A stretch of 64,000 nucleotides of DNA from the human T2T-CHM13v2.0 reference genome, Homo sapiens, in NCBI RefSeq assembly GCF_009914755.1, contig NC_060925.1. The stretch is one strand, 5' to 3'. Shown piece after piece: positions 26,401 to 41,400 of this stretch. The translations under genes were made by a program, and so were the position numbers. Below the pieces are notes generated by a model. The model was not told where the DNA came from, did no database searches, and was given only the letters and a program-made list of their open reading frames with translations. Every line of letters starts with the position of its first letter. The stretch's first letter is position 1.

Positions 26401-29400
26401 ACAAGGAAGTTACTGGGAATTCTTCTGTCTAGCCTTACATGAAAAAAACCCGTTTCCAACGAAGGCCTCTAAGTGGTCAAAATTTCCACGTGCAGACTTT
26501 ACAAACAGAGTGTTTCCAAACCGCTGAATGAAAAGAAAAGTTAAACTCTGAGAGTTGAACGCACACATCACGCAGCAGTTTCTGAGAATGATTCTGTCTA
26601 GTTTTTATACGAAGATATTTCCTTTTCTGCCTTTGGCCCCAAAGCGCTTGAAATCTCCACTTGCAAATTCCACAAAAACAGTGTTTCAAATCTGCTCTCT
26701 CTAAATGAAAGTTCAACTCTGTCAGTTGAATACACACAACACAAGGAAGTTACTGAGAATTCTTCTGTCTAGCATAATATGAAGAAATCCCGTTTCCAAC
26801 GAAGGCCTCAAAGGGGTCTGAATATCCACTTGCAGACTTTATAAACAGAGTGTTTACTAACTGCTCCATGAAAAGAAAGGTTAAACTCTGTGAGTTGAAC
26901 ACACACATCACAAAGGAGTTTCTGAGAATCATTCTGTCTAGTTTTTCTACGAAGATATTTCCTTTTCTACTATTGACCTCAAAGCGGCTGAAATCTCCAC
27001 TTGCAAATTCTACAAATAGAGAGTTTCAAGTCTGCTCTGTGTAAAGGATCGTTCAACTCTGTGAGTTGAATACACACAACACAAGGAAGTTACTGAGAAT
27101 TCTTCTGTCTAGCAGAATATGAAGAAATCCCGTTTCCAACGAAGGCCTCAAAGAGGTCTGAATATCCACTTGCAGACTTTACAAACAGAGTGTTTCCTAA
27201 CTGCTCTATGAAAAGAAAGGTTAAACTCTGTGAGTTGAACGCACACATCACAAAGGAGTTTCTGAGAATCGTTCTGTCTAGTTTCTATAGGAAGATATTT
27301 CCTATTCTACTATTGACCTCAAAGCGGCTGAAATCTCCACTTGCAAATTCCACAAAAAGACTGTTTCAAGTCTGCTCTGTGTAAAGGATCGTTCAACTCT
27401 GTGAGTTGAATACACACAACACAAGGAAGTTACTGAGAATTCTTCTGTCTAGCATAATATGAAGAAATCCCGTTTCCAACGAAGGCCTCAAAGAGGTCTG
27501 AATATCCACTTGCAGACTTTACAAACAGAGTGTTTCCTAACTGCTCCATGAATAGAAAAGTTAAACTCTGTGAGTTGAACGCACACATCACAGAGGAGTT
27601 TCTGAGAATCATTCTGTCTAGTCTTTATACGAAGATATTTACTTTTCTACCATTGACTTCAAAGCGGCTGAAATCTCCACTTGCAAATTCCACAAAAAGA
27701 GTGTTTCAAGTCTGCTCTGTGTAAAGGATCATTCAACTCTGTGAGTTGAATAAACACAACACAAGGAAGTTACTGAGAATTCTTCTGTCTAGCAGAATAT
27801 GAAGAAATCCCGTTTCCAACGAAGGCCTCAAGGAGGTCTGAATATCCACTTGCAGACTTTACAAACAGAGTGTTTCCTAACTGCTCTATGAAAAGAAAGG
27901 TTAAACTCTGTGAGCTAAACGCACACATCACAAAGGAGTTTATGAGAATCATTCTGTCTAGTTTCTATAAGAAGATATTTCCTATTCTACCATTGACCTC
28001 AAAGCAGCTGAAATCTCCACTTGCAAATTCGACAAAAAGAGTGTTTCAAGCCTGCTCTCTGTAAAGGATCCTTCAACTCTGTGAGTTGAATACACACAAC
28101 ACAAGGAAGTTACTGAGAATTATTCTGTCTAGCATAATATTAAGAAATCCCGTTTCCAACGAAGACCTCAAAGAGGTCTGAATATCCACTTGCAGACTTT
28201 ACAAACAGAGTGTTTCCTAACTGCTCTATGAGAAGAAAAGTTAAACTCTGTGAGTTGAACGCACACATCACAAAAGATTTTCTGAGAATCATTCTGTCTA
28301 GTCTTTATATGAAGATAGTTTCCTTTTCTACCATTGACCTCAAAGCGGCTGAAATCTCCACTTGCAAATTCCACAAAAAGAGTGTTTCAAGTCTGCTCTG
28401 TGTAAAGGATCATTCAACTCTGTGAGTTGAATACACACAACACAAGGAAGTTACTGAGAATTCTTCTGTCTAGCAGAATATGAAGAAATCCCGTTTCCAA
28501 CGAAGGCCACAAGATGTCAGAATATCCACTTACAGACTTTACAAACAGAGTGTTTCCTAACTGCTCTATGAACAGAAAGGTTAAACTCTGTGAGTTGAAC
28601 GAACACATCACAACGCAGTTTCTGGGAATGATTCTGTCTAGTTTTAAAACGAAGATATTTCCTTTTCTGCCATTGACCTTAAAGCGCTTGAAATCTACAC
28701 TTGCAAATTGCACAAATAGAGTGTTTCAAATCTGCTCTGTCTAAGGGAACGTTCAACTCTGTGAGTTGAATGCACACAACACAAGGAAGTTACTGGGAAT
28801 TCTTCTGTCTAGCCTTACATGAAAAAAACCCGTTTCCAACGAAGGCCTCTAAGTGGTCAAAATTTCAACGTGCAGACTTTTCAAACAGAGTGTTTCCAAA
28901 CCGCTGAATGAAAAGAAAAGTTAAACTCTGAGAGTTGAACGCACACATCACGCAGCAGTTTCTGAGAATGATTCTGTCTAGTTTTTATACGAAGATATTT
29001 CCTTTTCTGCCTTTGGCCCCAAAGCGCTTGAAATCTCCACTTGCAAATTCCACAAAAACAGTGTTTCAAATCTGCTGTCTCTAAATGATAGTTCAACTCT
29101 CTCAGTTGAATACACACAACACAAGGAAGTTACTGAGAATTCTTCTGTCTAGCATAATATGAAGAAATCCCGTTTCCAACGAAGGCCTCAAAGGGGTCTG
29201 AATATCCACTTGCAGACTTTATAAACAGAGTGTTTACTAACTGCTCTATGAAAAGAAACGTTAAACTCTGTGAGTTGAACACACACATCAGAAAGGAGTT
29301 TCTGAGAATCATTCTGTCTAGTTTTTCTACGAAGATATTTCCTTTTCTACTATTGACCTCAAAGCGGCTGAAATCTCCACTTGCAAATTCCACAAAAAGA

Positions 29401-32400
29401 GTGTTTCAAGTCTGCTCTGTGTAAAGGATCGTTCAACTCTGTGAGTTGAATACACACAACACAAGGAAGTTACTGAGAATTCTTCTGTCTAGCAGAATAT
29501 GAAGAAATCCCGTTTCCAACGAAGGCCTCAAAGAGGTCTGAATATCCACTTGCAGACTTTACAAACAGAGTGTTTCCTAACTGCTCTATGAAAAGAAAGG
29601 TTAAACTCTGTGAGTTGAACGCACACATCACAAAGGAGTTTCTGAGAATCGTTCTGTCTAGTTTCTATAGGAAGATATTTCCTATTCTACCATTGACCTC
29701 AAAGCGGCTGAAATCTCCACTTGCAAATTCCACAAAAAGAATGTTTCAAGTCTGCTCTGTGTAAAGGATCGTTCAACTCTGTGAGTTGAATACACACAAC
29801 ACAAGGAAGTTACTGAGAATTCTTCTGTCTAGCATAATATGAAGAAATCCCGTTTCCAACGAAGGCCTCAAAGAGGTCTGAATATCCACTTGCAGACTTT
29901 ACAAACAGAGTGTTTCCTAACTGCTCTATGAAAAGAAAAGTTAAACTCTGTGAGTTGAACGCACACATCACAAAGGAGTTTCTGAGAATCATTCTGTCTA
30001 GTCTTTATACGAAGATATTTCCTTTTCTACCATTGACCTCAAAGCGGCTGAAATCTCCACTTGCAAATTCCACAAAAAGAGTGTTTCAAGTCTGCTCTGT
30101 GTAAAGGATCGTTCAACTCTGTGAGTTGAATACACACAACACAAGGAAGTTACTGAGAATTCTTCTGTCTAGCAGAATATGAAGAAATCCCGTTTCCAAC
30201 GAAGGCCTCAAGGAGGTCTGAATATCCACTTGCAGACTTTACAAACAGAGTGTTTCCTAACTGCTCTATGAACAGAAAGGTTAAACTCTGTGAGTTGAAC
30301 GCACACATCACAAAGGAGTTTCTGAGAATCATTCTGTCTACTCTTTATACGAAGATATTTACTTTTCTACCATTGACCTCAAAGCGGCTGAAATCTCCAC
30401 TTGCAAATTCCACAAAAAGAGTGTTTCAAGTCTGCTCTGTGTAAAGGATCATTCAACTCTGTGAGTTGAATAAACACAACACAAGGAAGTTACTGAGAAT
30501 TCTTCTGTCTAGCAGAATATGAAGAAATCCCGTTTCCAACGAAGGCCTCAAGGAGGTCTGAATATCCACTTGCAGACTTTACAAACAGAGTGTTTCCTAA
30601 CTGCTCTATGAAAAGAAAGGTTAAACTCTGTGAGTTGAACGCACACATCACAAAGGAGTTTATGAGAATCATTCTGTCTAGTTTCTATAAGAAGATATTT
30701 CCTATTCTACCATTGACCTCAAAGCGGCTGAAATCTCCACTTGCAAATTCGACAAAAAGAGTGTTTCAAGCCTGCTCTCTGTAAAGGATCCTTCAACTCT
30801 GTGAGTTGAATACACACAACACAAGGAAGTTACTGAGAATTATTCTGTCTAGCATAATATGAAGAAATCCCGTTTCCAACGAAGACCTCAAAGAGGTCTG
30901 AATATCCACTTGCAGACTTTACAAACAGAGTGTTTCCAAACCGCTGAATGAAAAGAAAAGTTAAACTCTGAGAGTTGAACGCACACATCACGCAGCAGTT
31001 TCTGAGAATGATTCTGTCTAGTTTTTATACGAAGATATTTCCTTTTCTGCCTTTGGCCCCAAAGCGCTTGAAATCTCCACTTGCAAATTCCACAAAAACA
31101 GTGTTTCAAATCTGCTCTCTCTAAATGATAGTTCAACTCTGTCAGTTGAATACACACAACACAAGGAAGTTACTGAGAATTCTTCTGTCTAGCATAATAT
31201 GAAGAAATCCCGTTTCCAACGAAGGCCTCCAAGGGGTCTGAATATCCACTTGCAGACTTTATAAACAGAGTGTTTACTAACTGCTCTATGAAAAGAAAGG
31301 TTAAACTCTGTGAGTTGAACGCACACATCACAAAAGATTTTCTGACAATCATTCTGTCTAGTCTTTATATGAAGATAGTTTCCTTTTCTACCATTGACCT
31401 CAAAGCGGCTGAAATCTCCACTTGCAAATTCCACAAAAAGAGTGTTTCAAGTCTCCTCTGTGTAAAGGATCGTTCAACTCTGTGAGTTGAATACACACAA
31501 CACAAGGACGTTACTGAGAATTCTTCTGTCTAGCAGAATATGAAGAAATCCCGTTTCCAACGAAGGCCACAAGTTGTCAGAATATCCACTTACAGACTTT
31601 ACAAACAGAGTGTTTCCTAACTGCTCTATGAACAGAAAGGTTAAACTCTGTGAGTTGAACGAACACATCACAACGCAGTTTCTGGGAATGAATCTGTCTA
31701 GGTTTAAAACGAAGATATTTCCTTTTCTGCCATTGACCTTAAAGCGCTTGAAATCTACACTTGCAAATTGCACAAATAGAGTGTTTCAAATCTGCTCTGT
31801 CTAAGGGAACGTTCAACTCTGTGAGTTGAATGCACACAACACAAGGAAGTTACTGGGAATTCTTCTGTCTATCCTTATATGAAAAAAACCCGTTTCCAAC
31901 GAAGGCCTCTAAGTGGTCAAAATATCCACGTGCAGACTTTACAAACAGAGTGTTTCCAAACCGCTGAATGAAAAGAAAAGTTAAACTCTGAGAGTTGAAC
32001 GCACACATCACGCAGCAGTTTCTGAGAATGATTCTGTCTAGTTTTTATACGAAGATATTTCCTTTTCTGCCTTTGGCCCCAAAACGCTTGAAATCTCCAC
32101 TTGCAAATTCCACAAAAACAGTGTTTCAAATCTGCTCTCTCTAAATGATAGTTCAACTCTGTCAGTTGAATACACACAACACAAGGAAGTTACTGAGAAT
32201 TCTTCTGTCTAGCATAATATGAAGAAATCCCGTTTAAAACGAAGGCCTCAAAGGGGTCTGAATATCCACTTGCAGACTTTATAAACAGAGTGTTTACTAA
32301 CTGCTCTATGAAAAGAAAGGTTAAACTCTGTGAGTTGAACACACACATCACAAAGGAGTTTCTGAGAATCATTCTGTCTAGTTTTTCTACGAAGATATTT

Positions 32401-35400
32401 CCTTTTCTACTATTGACCTCAAAGCGGCTGAAATCTCCACTTGCAAATTCCACAAAAAGAGTGTTTCAAGTCTGCTCTGTGTAAAGGATCGTTCAACTCT
32501 GTGAGTTGAATACACACAACACAAGGAAGTTACTGAGAATTCTTCTGTCTAGCAGAATATGAAGAAATCCCGTTTCCAACGAAGGCCTCAAAGAGGTCTG
32601 AATATCCACTTGCAGACTTTACAAACAGAGTGTTTCCTAACTGCTCTATGAAAAGAAAGGTTAAACTGTGAGTTGAACGCACACATCACAAAGGAGTTTC
32701 TGAGAATCATTCTGTCTAGTTTCTATAGGAAGATATTTCCTATTCTACCATTGACCTCAAAGCGGCTGAAATCTCCACTTGCGAATTCCACAAAAAGAGT
32801 GTTTCAAGTCTGCTCTGTGTAAAGGATCGTTCAACTCTGTGAGTTGAATACACACAACACAAGGAAGTTACTGAGAATTCTTCTGTCTAGCAGAATATTA
32901 AGAAATACCGTTTCCAACGAAGGCCTCAAGGAGGTCTGAATATCCACTTGCAGACTTTACAAACAGAGTGTTTCCTAACTGCTCTATGAACAGAAAGGTT
33001 AAACTCTGTGAGTTGAACGAACACATCACAACGCAGTTTGTGGGAATGATTCTGTCTAGTTTTGAAACGAAGATATTTCCTTTTCTGCCATTGACCTTAA
33101 AGCGCTTGAAATCTACACTTGCAAATTGCACAAATAGAGTGTTTCAAATCTGCTCTGTCTAAGGGAACGTTCAACTCTGTGAGTTGAATGCACACAACAC
33201 AAGGAAGTTACTGGGAATTCTTCTGTCTAGCCTTACATGAAAAAAACCCGATTCCAACGAAGGCCTCTAAGTGGTCAAAATATCCACGTGCAGACTTTAC
33301 AAACAGAGTGTTTCCAAACCGCTGAATGAAAAGAAAAGTTAAACTCTGAGAGTTGAACGCACACATCACGCAGCAGTTTCTGAGAATGGTTCTGCCTAGT
33401 TTTTATACGAAGATATTTCCTTTTCTGCCTTTGGCCCCGAAGCGCTTGAAATCTCCAATTGCAAATTCCACAAAAACAGTGTTTCAAATCTGCTCCCTCT
33501 AAATGAAAGTTCAACTCTGTCAGTTGAATACACACAACACAAGGAAGTTACTGAGAATTCTTCTGTCTAGCATAATATGAAGAAATCCCGTTTCCAACGA
33601 AGGCCTCAAAGGGGTCTGAATATCCACTTGCAGACTTTATAAAAAGAGTGTTTACTAACTGCTCTATGAAAAGAAAGGTTAAACTCTGTGAGTTGAACAC
33701 ACACATCACAAAGGAGTTTCTGAGAATCATTCTGTCTAGTTTTTCTACGAAGATATTTCCTTTTCTACTATTGACCTGAAAGCGGCTGAAATCTCCACTT
33801 GCAAATTCCACAAAAAGAGTGTTTCAAGTCTGCTCTGTGTAAAGCATCGTTCAACTCTGTGAGTTGAATACACACAACACAAGGAAGTTACTGAGAATTC
33901 TTCTGTCTAGCAGAATATGAAGAAATCCCGTTTCCAACGAAGGCCTCAAAGAGGTCTGAATATCCACTTGCAGACTTTACAAACAGAGTGTTTCCTAACT
34001 GCTCTATGAAAAGAAAGGTTAAACTCTGTGAGTTGAACGCACACATCACAAAGGAGTTTCTGAGAATCGTTCTGTCTAGTTTCTATAGGAAGATATTTCC
34101 TATTCTACCATTGACCTCAAAGCGGCTGAAATCTCCACTTGCAAATTCCACAAAAAGAATGTTTCAAGTCTGCTCTGTGTAAAGGATCGTTCAACTCTGG
34201 GAGTTGAATACACACAACACAAGGAAGTTACTGAGAATTATTCTGTCTAGCATAATATGAAGAAATCCCGTTTCCAACGAAGGCCTCAAAGAGGTCTGAA
34301 TATCCACTTGCAGACTTTACAAACAGAGTGTTTCCTAACTGCTCTATGAAAAGAAAAGTTAAACTCTGTGAGTTGAACGCACACATCACAAAGGAGTTTA
34401 TGAGAATCATTCTGTCTAGTCTTTATACGAAGATATTTACTTTTCTACCATTGACCTCAAAGAGGCTGAAATCTCCACTTGCAAATTCCACAAAAAGAGT
34501 GTTTCAAGTCTGCTCTGTGTAAAGGATCGTTCAACTCTGTGAGTTGAATACACACAACACAAGGAAGTTACTGAGAATTCTTCTGTCTAGCAGAATATGA
34601 AGAAATCCCGTTTCCCACGAAGGCCTCAAGGAGGTCTGAATATCCACTTGCAGACTTTACAAACAGAGTGTTTCCTAACTGCTCTATGAAAAGAAAGGTT
34701 AAACTCTGTGAGTTGAACGCACACATCACAAAGGAGTTTCTGAGAATCATTCTGTCTAGTTTCTATAAGAAGATATTTCCTATTCTACCATTGACCTCAA
34801 AGCGGCTGAAATCTCCACTTGCAAATTCGACAAAAAGAGTGTTTGAAGCCTGCTCTCTGTAAAGGATCCTTCAACTCTGTGAGTTGAATACACACAACAC
34901 AAGGAAGTTACTGAGAATTCTTCTGTCTAGCATAATATGAAGAAATCCCGTTTCCAACGAAGGCCTCAAAGAGGTCTGAATATCCACTTGCAGACTTTAC
35001 AAACAGAGTGTTTCCTAACTGCTCTATGAGAAGAAAAGTTAAACTCTGTGAGTTGAACGCACACATCACAAAAGATTTTCTGAGAATCATTCTGTCTAGT
35101 CTTTATAAGAAGATAGTTTCCTTTTCTACCATTGACCTCAAAGCGGCTGAAATCTCCACTTGCAAATTCCACAAAAAGAGTGTTTCAAGTCTGCTCTGTG
35201 TAAAGGATCGTTCAACTCTGTGAGTTGAATACACACAACACAAGGATGTTACTGAGAATTCTTCTGTCTAGCAGAATATGAAGAAATACCGTTTCCACCG
35301 AAGGCCTCAAGGAGGTCTGAATATCCACTTGCAGACTTTACAAACAGGGTGTTTCCTAACTGCTCTATGAACAGAAAGGTTAAACTCTGTGAGTTGAACG

Positions 35401-38400
35401 CACACATCACAAAGGAGTTTCTGAGAATCATTCTGTCTAGTCTTTATACGAAGATATTTCCTTTTCTACCATTGACCTCAAAGCGGCTGAAATCTCCACT
35501 TGCAAATTCCACAAAAAGAGTGTTTCAAGTCTGCTCTGTGTAAAGGATCGTTCAACTCTGTGAGTTGAATACACACAACACAAGGAAGTTACTGAGAATT
35601 CTTCTGTCTAGCAGAATATGAAGAAATCCCGTTTCCAACGAAGGCCACAAGATGTCAGAATATCCACTTACAGACTTTACAAACAGAGTGTTTCCTAACT
35701 GCTCTATGAACACAAAGGTTAAACTCTGTGAGTTGAACGAACACATCACAACGCAGTTTGTGGGAATGATTCTGTCTAGTTTTGAAACGAAGATATTTCC
35801 TTTTCTGCCGTTGACCTTAAAGCGCTTGAAATCTACACTTGCAAATTGCACAAATAGAGTGTTTCAAATCTGCTCTCTCTAAGGGAACGTTCAACTCTGT
35901 GAGTTGAATGCACACAACACAAGGAAGTTACTGGGAATTCTTCTGTCTAGCCTTACATGAAAAAAACCCGTTTCCAACGAAGGCCTCTAAGTGGTCAAAA
36001 TATCCACGTGCAGACTTTACAAACAGAGTGTTTCCAAACCGCTGAATGAAAAGAAAAGTTAAACTCTGAGAGTTGAACGCACACATCACGCAGCAGTTTC
36101 TGAGAATGATTCTGTCTAGTTTTTATACGAAGATATTTCCTTTTCTGCCTTTGGCCCCAAAGCGCTTGAAATCTCCACTTGCAAATTCCACAAAAACAGT
36201 GTTTCAAATCTGCTCTCTCTAAATGAAAGTTCAACTCTGTCAGTTGAATACACACAACACAAGGAAGTTACTGAGAATTCTTCTGTCTAGCATAATATGA
36301 AGAAATCCCATTTCCAACGAAGGCCTCAAAGGGGTCTGAATATCCACTTGCAGACTTTATAAACAGAGTGTTTACTAACTGCTCTATGAAAAGAAAGGTT
36401 AAACTCTGTGAGTTGAACACACACATCACAAAGGAGTTTCTGAGAATCATTCTGTCTAGTTTTTCTACGAAGATATTTCCTTTTCTACTATTGACCTCAA
36501 AGCGGCTGAAATCTCCACTTGCAAATTCCACAAAAACAGTGTTTCAAGTCTGCTCTGTGTAAAGGATCGTTCAACTCTGTGAGTTGAATACACACAACAC
36601 AAGGAAGTTACTGAGAATTCTTCTGTCTAGCAGAATATGAAGAAATCCCGTTTCCAATGAAGGCCTCAAGGAGGTCTGAATATCCACTTGCAGACTTTAC
36701 AAACAGAGTGTTTCCTAACTGCTCTATGAACAGAAAGGTTAAACTCTGTGAGTTGAACGCACACATCACAAAGGAGTTTCTGAGAATCATTCTGTCTAGT
36801 CTTTATACGAAGATATTTACTTTTCTACCATTGACCTCAAAGCGGCTGAAATCTCCACTTGCAAATTCCACAAAAAGAGTGTTTCAAGTCTGCTCTGTGT
36901 AAAGGATCATTCAACTCTGTGAGTTGAATAAACACAACACAAGGAAGTTACTGAGAATTCTTCTGTCTAGCAGAATATGAAGAAATCCCGTTTCCAACGA
37001 AGGCCTCAAGGAGGTCTGAATATCCACTTGCAGACTTTACAAACAGAGTGTTTCCTAACTGCTCTATGAATAGAAAGGTTAAACTCTGTGAGTTGAACGC
37101 ACACATCACAAAGGAGTTTATGAGAATCATTCTGTCTAGTTTCTATAAGAAGATATTTCCTATTCTACCATTGACCTCAAAGCGGCTGAAATCTCCACTT
37201 GCAAATTCGACAAAAAGAGTGTTTCAAGCCTGCTCTCTGTAAAGGATCCTTCAACTCTGTGAGTTGAATACACACAACACAAGGAAGTTACTGAGAATTA
37301 TTCTGTCTAGCATAATATGAAGAAATCCCGTTTCCAACGAAGGCCTCAAAGAGGTCTGAATATCCACTTGCAGACTTTACAAACAGAGTGTTTCCTAACT
37401 GCTCTATGAGAAGAAAAGTTAAACTCTGTGAGTTGAACGCACACATCACAAAAGATTTTCTGAGAATCATTCTGTCTAGTCTTTATATGAAGATAGTTTC
37501 CTTTTCTACCATTGACCTCAAAGCGGCTGAAATCTCCACTTGCAAATTCCACAAAAAGAGTGTTTCAAGTCTGCTCTGTGTAAAGGATCGTTCAACTCTG
37601 TGAGTTGAATACACACAACACAAGGAAGTTACTGAGAATTCTTCTGTCTAGCAGAATATGAAGAAATCCCGTTTCCAACGAAGGCCACAAGATGTCAGAA
37701 TATCCACTTACAGACTTTACAAACAGAGTGTTTCCTAACTGCTCTATGAACAGAAAGGTTAAACTCTGTGAGTTGAACGAACACATCACAACGCAGTTTG
37801 TGGGAATGATTCTGTCTAGTTTTGAAACGAAGATATTTCCTTTTCTGCCATTGACCTTAAAGCGCTTGAAATCTACACTTGCAAATTGCACAAATAGAGT
37901 GTTTCAAATCTGCTCTGTCTAAGGGAACGTTCAACTCTGTGAGTTGAATGCACACAACACAAGGAAGTTACTGGGAATTCTTCTGTCTAGCCTTAGATGA
38001 AAAAAACCCGTTTCCAACGAAGGCCTCTAAGTGGTCAAAATTTCCTCGTGCAGACTTTACAAACAGAGTGTTTCCAAACCGCTGAATGAAAAGAAAAGTT
38101 AAACTCTGAGAGTTGAACGCACACATCACGCAGCAGTTTCTGAGAATGATTCTGTCTAGTTTTTATACGAAGATATTTCCTTTTCTGCCTTTGGCCCCAA
38201 AGCGCTTGAAATCTCCACTTGCAAATTCCACAAAAACAGTGTTTCAAATCTGCTCTCTCTAAATGAAAGTTCAACTCTGTCAGTTGAATACACACAACAC
38301 AAGGAAGTTACTGAGCATTCTTCTGTCTAGCATAATATGAAGAAATCCCGTTTCCAACGAAGGCCTCAAAGGGGTCTGAATATCCACTTGCAGACTTTAT

Positions 38401-41400
38401 AAACAGAGTGTTTACTAACTGCTCTATGAAAAGAAAGGTTAAACTCTGTGAGTTGAACACACACATCACAAAGGAGTTTCTGAGAATCATTCTGTCTAGT
38501 TTTTCTACGAAGATATTTACTTTTCTACTATTGACCTCAAAGCGGCTGAAATCTCCACTTGCAAATTCCACAAAAAGAGTGTTTCAAGTCTGCTCTGTGT
38601 AAAGGATCGTTCAACTCTGTGAGTTGAATACACACAACACAAGGAAGTTACTGAGAATTCTTCTGTCTAGCAGAATATGAAGAAATCCCGTTTCCAACGA
38701 AGGCCTCAAGGAGGTCTGAATATCCACTTGCAGACTTTACAAACAGAGTGTTTCCTAACTGCTCTATGAAAAGAAAGGTTAAACTCTGTGAGTTGAACGC
38801 ACACATCACAAAGGAGTTTCTGAGAATCGTTCTGTCTAGTTTCTATAGGAAGATATTTCCTATTCTACCATTGACCTCAAAGCGGCTGAAATCTCCACTT
38901 GCAAATTCCACAAAAAGAATGTTTCAAGTCTGCTCTGTGTAAACGATCGTTCAACTCTGTGAGTTGAATACACACAACACAAGGAAGTTACTGAGAATTC
39001 TTCTGTCTAGCATAATATGAAGAAATCCCGTTTCCAACGAAGGCCTCAAAGAGGTCTGAATATCCACTTGCAGACTTTACAAACAGAGTGTTTCCTAACT
39101 GCTCTATGAAAAGAAAGGTTAAACTCTGTGAGTTGAACGCACACATCACAAAGGAGTTCATGAGAATCATTTTGTCTAGGTTCTATAAGAAGATATTTCC
39201 TATTCTACCATTGACCTCAAAGCGGCTGAAATCTCCACTTGCAAATTCGACAAAAAGAGTGTTTCAAGCCTGCTCTCTGTAAAGGATCCTTCAACTCTGT
39301 GAGTTGAATACACACAACACAAGGAAGTTACTGAGAATTATTCTGTCTAGCATAATATGAAGAAATCCCGTTTCCAACGAAGGCCTCAAAGAGGTCTGAA
39401 TATCCACTTGCAGACTTTACAAACAGAGTGTTTCCTAACTGCTCTATGAAAAGAAAAGTTAAACTCTTTGTGTTGAACGCACACATCCCAAAGGAGTTTC
39501 TGAGAATCATTCTGTCTAGTCTTTATACGAAGATATTTCCTTTTCTACCATTGACCTCAAAGCGGCTGAAATCTCCACTTGCAAATTCCACAAAAAGAGT
39601 GTTTCAAGTCTGCTCTGTGTAAAGGATCGTTCAACTCTGTGAGTTGAATACACACAACACAAGGAAGTTACTGAGAATTCTTCTGTCTAGCAGAATATGA
39701 AGAAATCCCGTTTCCAACGAAGGCCTCAAGGAGGTCAGAATATCCACTTGCAGACTTTACAAACAGAGTGTTTCCTAACTGCTCTATGAACAGAAAGGTT
39801 AAACTCTGTGAGTTGAACGCACACATCACAAAGGAGTTTCTGAGAATCATTCTGTCTAGTCTTTATACGAAGATATTTACTTTTCTACCATTGACCTCAA
39901 AGCGGCTGAAATCTCCACTTGCAAATTCCACAAAAAGAGTGTTTCAAGTCTGCTCTGTGTAAAGGATCATTCAACTCTGTGAGTTGAATAAACACAACAC
40001 AAGGAAGTTACTGAGAATTCTTCTGTCTAGCAGAATATGAAGAAATCCCGTTTCCAACGAAGGCCTCAAGGAGGTCTGAATATCCACTTGCAGACTTTAC
40101 AAACAGAGTGTTTCCTAACTGCTCTATGAAAAGAAAGGTTAAACTCTGTGAGTTGAACGCACACATCACAAAGGAGTTCATGAGAATCATTTTGTCTAGG
40201 TTCTATAAGAAGATATTTCCTATTCTACCATTGACCTCAAAGCGGCTGAAATCTCCACTTGCAAATTCGACAAAAAGAGTGTTTCAAGCCTGCTCTCTGT
40301 AAAGGATCCTTCAACTCTGTGAGTTGAATACACACAACACAAGGAAGTTACTGAGAATTATTCTGTCTAGCATAATATGAAGAAATCCCGTTTCCAACGA
40401 AGGCCTCAAAGAGGTCTGAATATCCACTTGCACACTTTACAAACAGAGTGTTTCCTAACTGCTCTATGAGAAGAAAAGTTAAACTCTGTGAGTTGAACGC
40501 ACACATCACAAAAGATTTTCTGAGAATCATTCTGTCTAGTCTTTATATGAAGATAGTTTCCTTTTCTACCATTGACCTCAAAGCGGCTGAAATCTCCACT
40601 TGCAAATTCCACAAAAAGAGTGTTTCAAGTCTGCTCTGTGTAAAGGATCGTTCAACTCTGTGAGTTGAATACACACAACACAAGGAAGTTACTGAGAATT
40701 CTTCTGTCTAGCAGAATATGAAGAAATCCCGTTTCCAACGAAGGCCACAAGATGTCAGAATATCCACTTACAGACTTTACAAACAGAGTGTTTCCTAACT
40801 GCTCTATGAACAGAAAGGTTAAACTCTGTGAGTTGAACGAACACATCACAACGCAGTTTGTGGGAATGATTCTGTCTAGTTTTGAAACGAAGATATTTCC
40901 TTTTCTGCCATTGACCTTAAAGCGCTTGAAATCTACACTTGCAAATTGCACAAATAGAGTGTTTCAAATCTGCTCTGTCTTAGGGAACGTTCAACTCTGT
41001 GAGTTGAATGCACACAACACAAGGAAGTTACTGGGAATTCTTCTGTCTAGCCTTAGATGAAAAAAACCCGTTTCCAACGAAGGCCTCTAAGTGGTCAAAA
41101 TTTCCTCGTGCAGACTTTACAAACAGAGTGTTTCCAAACCGCTGAATGAAAAGAAAAGTTAAACTCTGAGAGTTGAACGCACACATCACGCAGCAGTTTC
41201 TGAGAATGATTCTGTCTAGTTTTTATACGAAGATATTTCCTTTTCTGCCTTTGGCCCCAAAGCGCTTGAAATCTCCACTTGCAAATTCCACAAAAACAGT
41301 GTTTCAAATCTGCTCTCTCTAAATGAAAGTTCAACTCTGTCAGTTGAATACACACAACACAAGGAAGTTACTGAGAATTCTTCTGTCTAGCATAATATGA

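Noticed and set aside
32660-32675. Isolated 2-bp deletion ('ttaaactgtgag'), and a 1-bp deletion near 24100
   Set aside because: These are singleton slippage events or sequencing errors with no wider pattern.
963-34622. CENP-B box variants at 963, 17274, 32228, 33246 and 34606
   Set aside because: The changes fall in non-essential N positions of NTTCGNNNNANNCGGGN, so they were not counted as broken.
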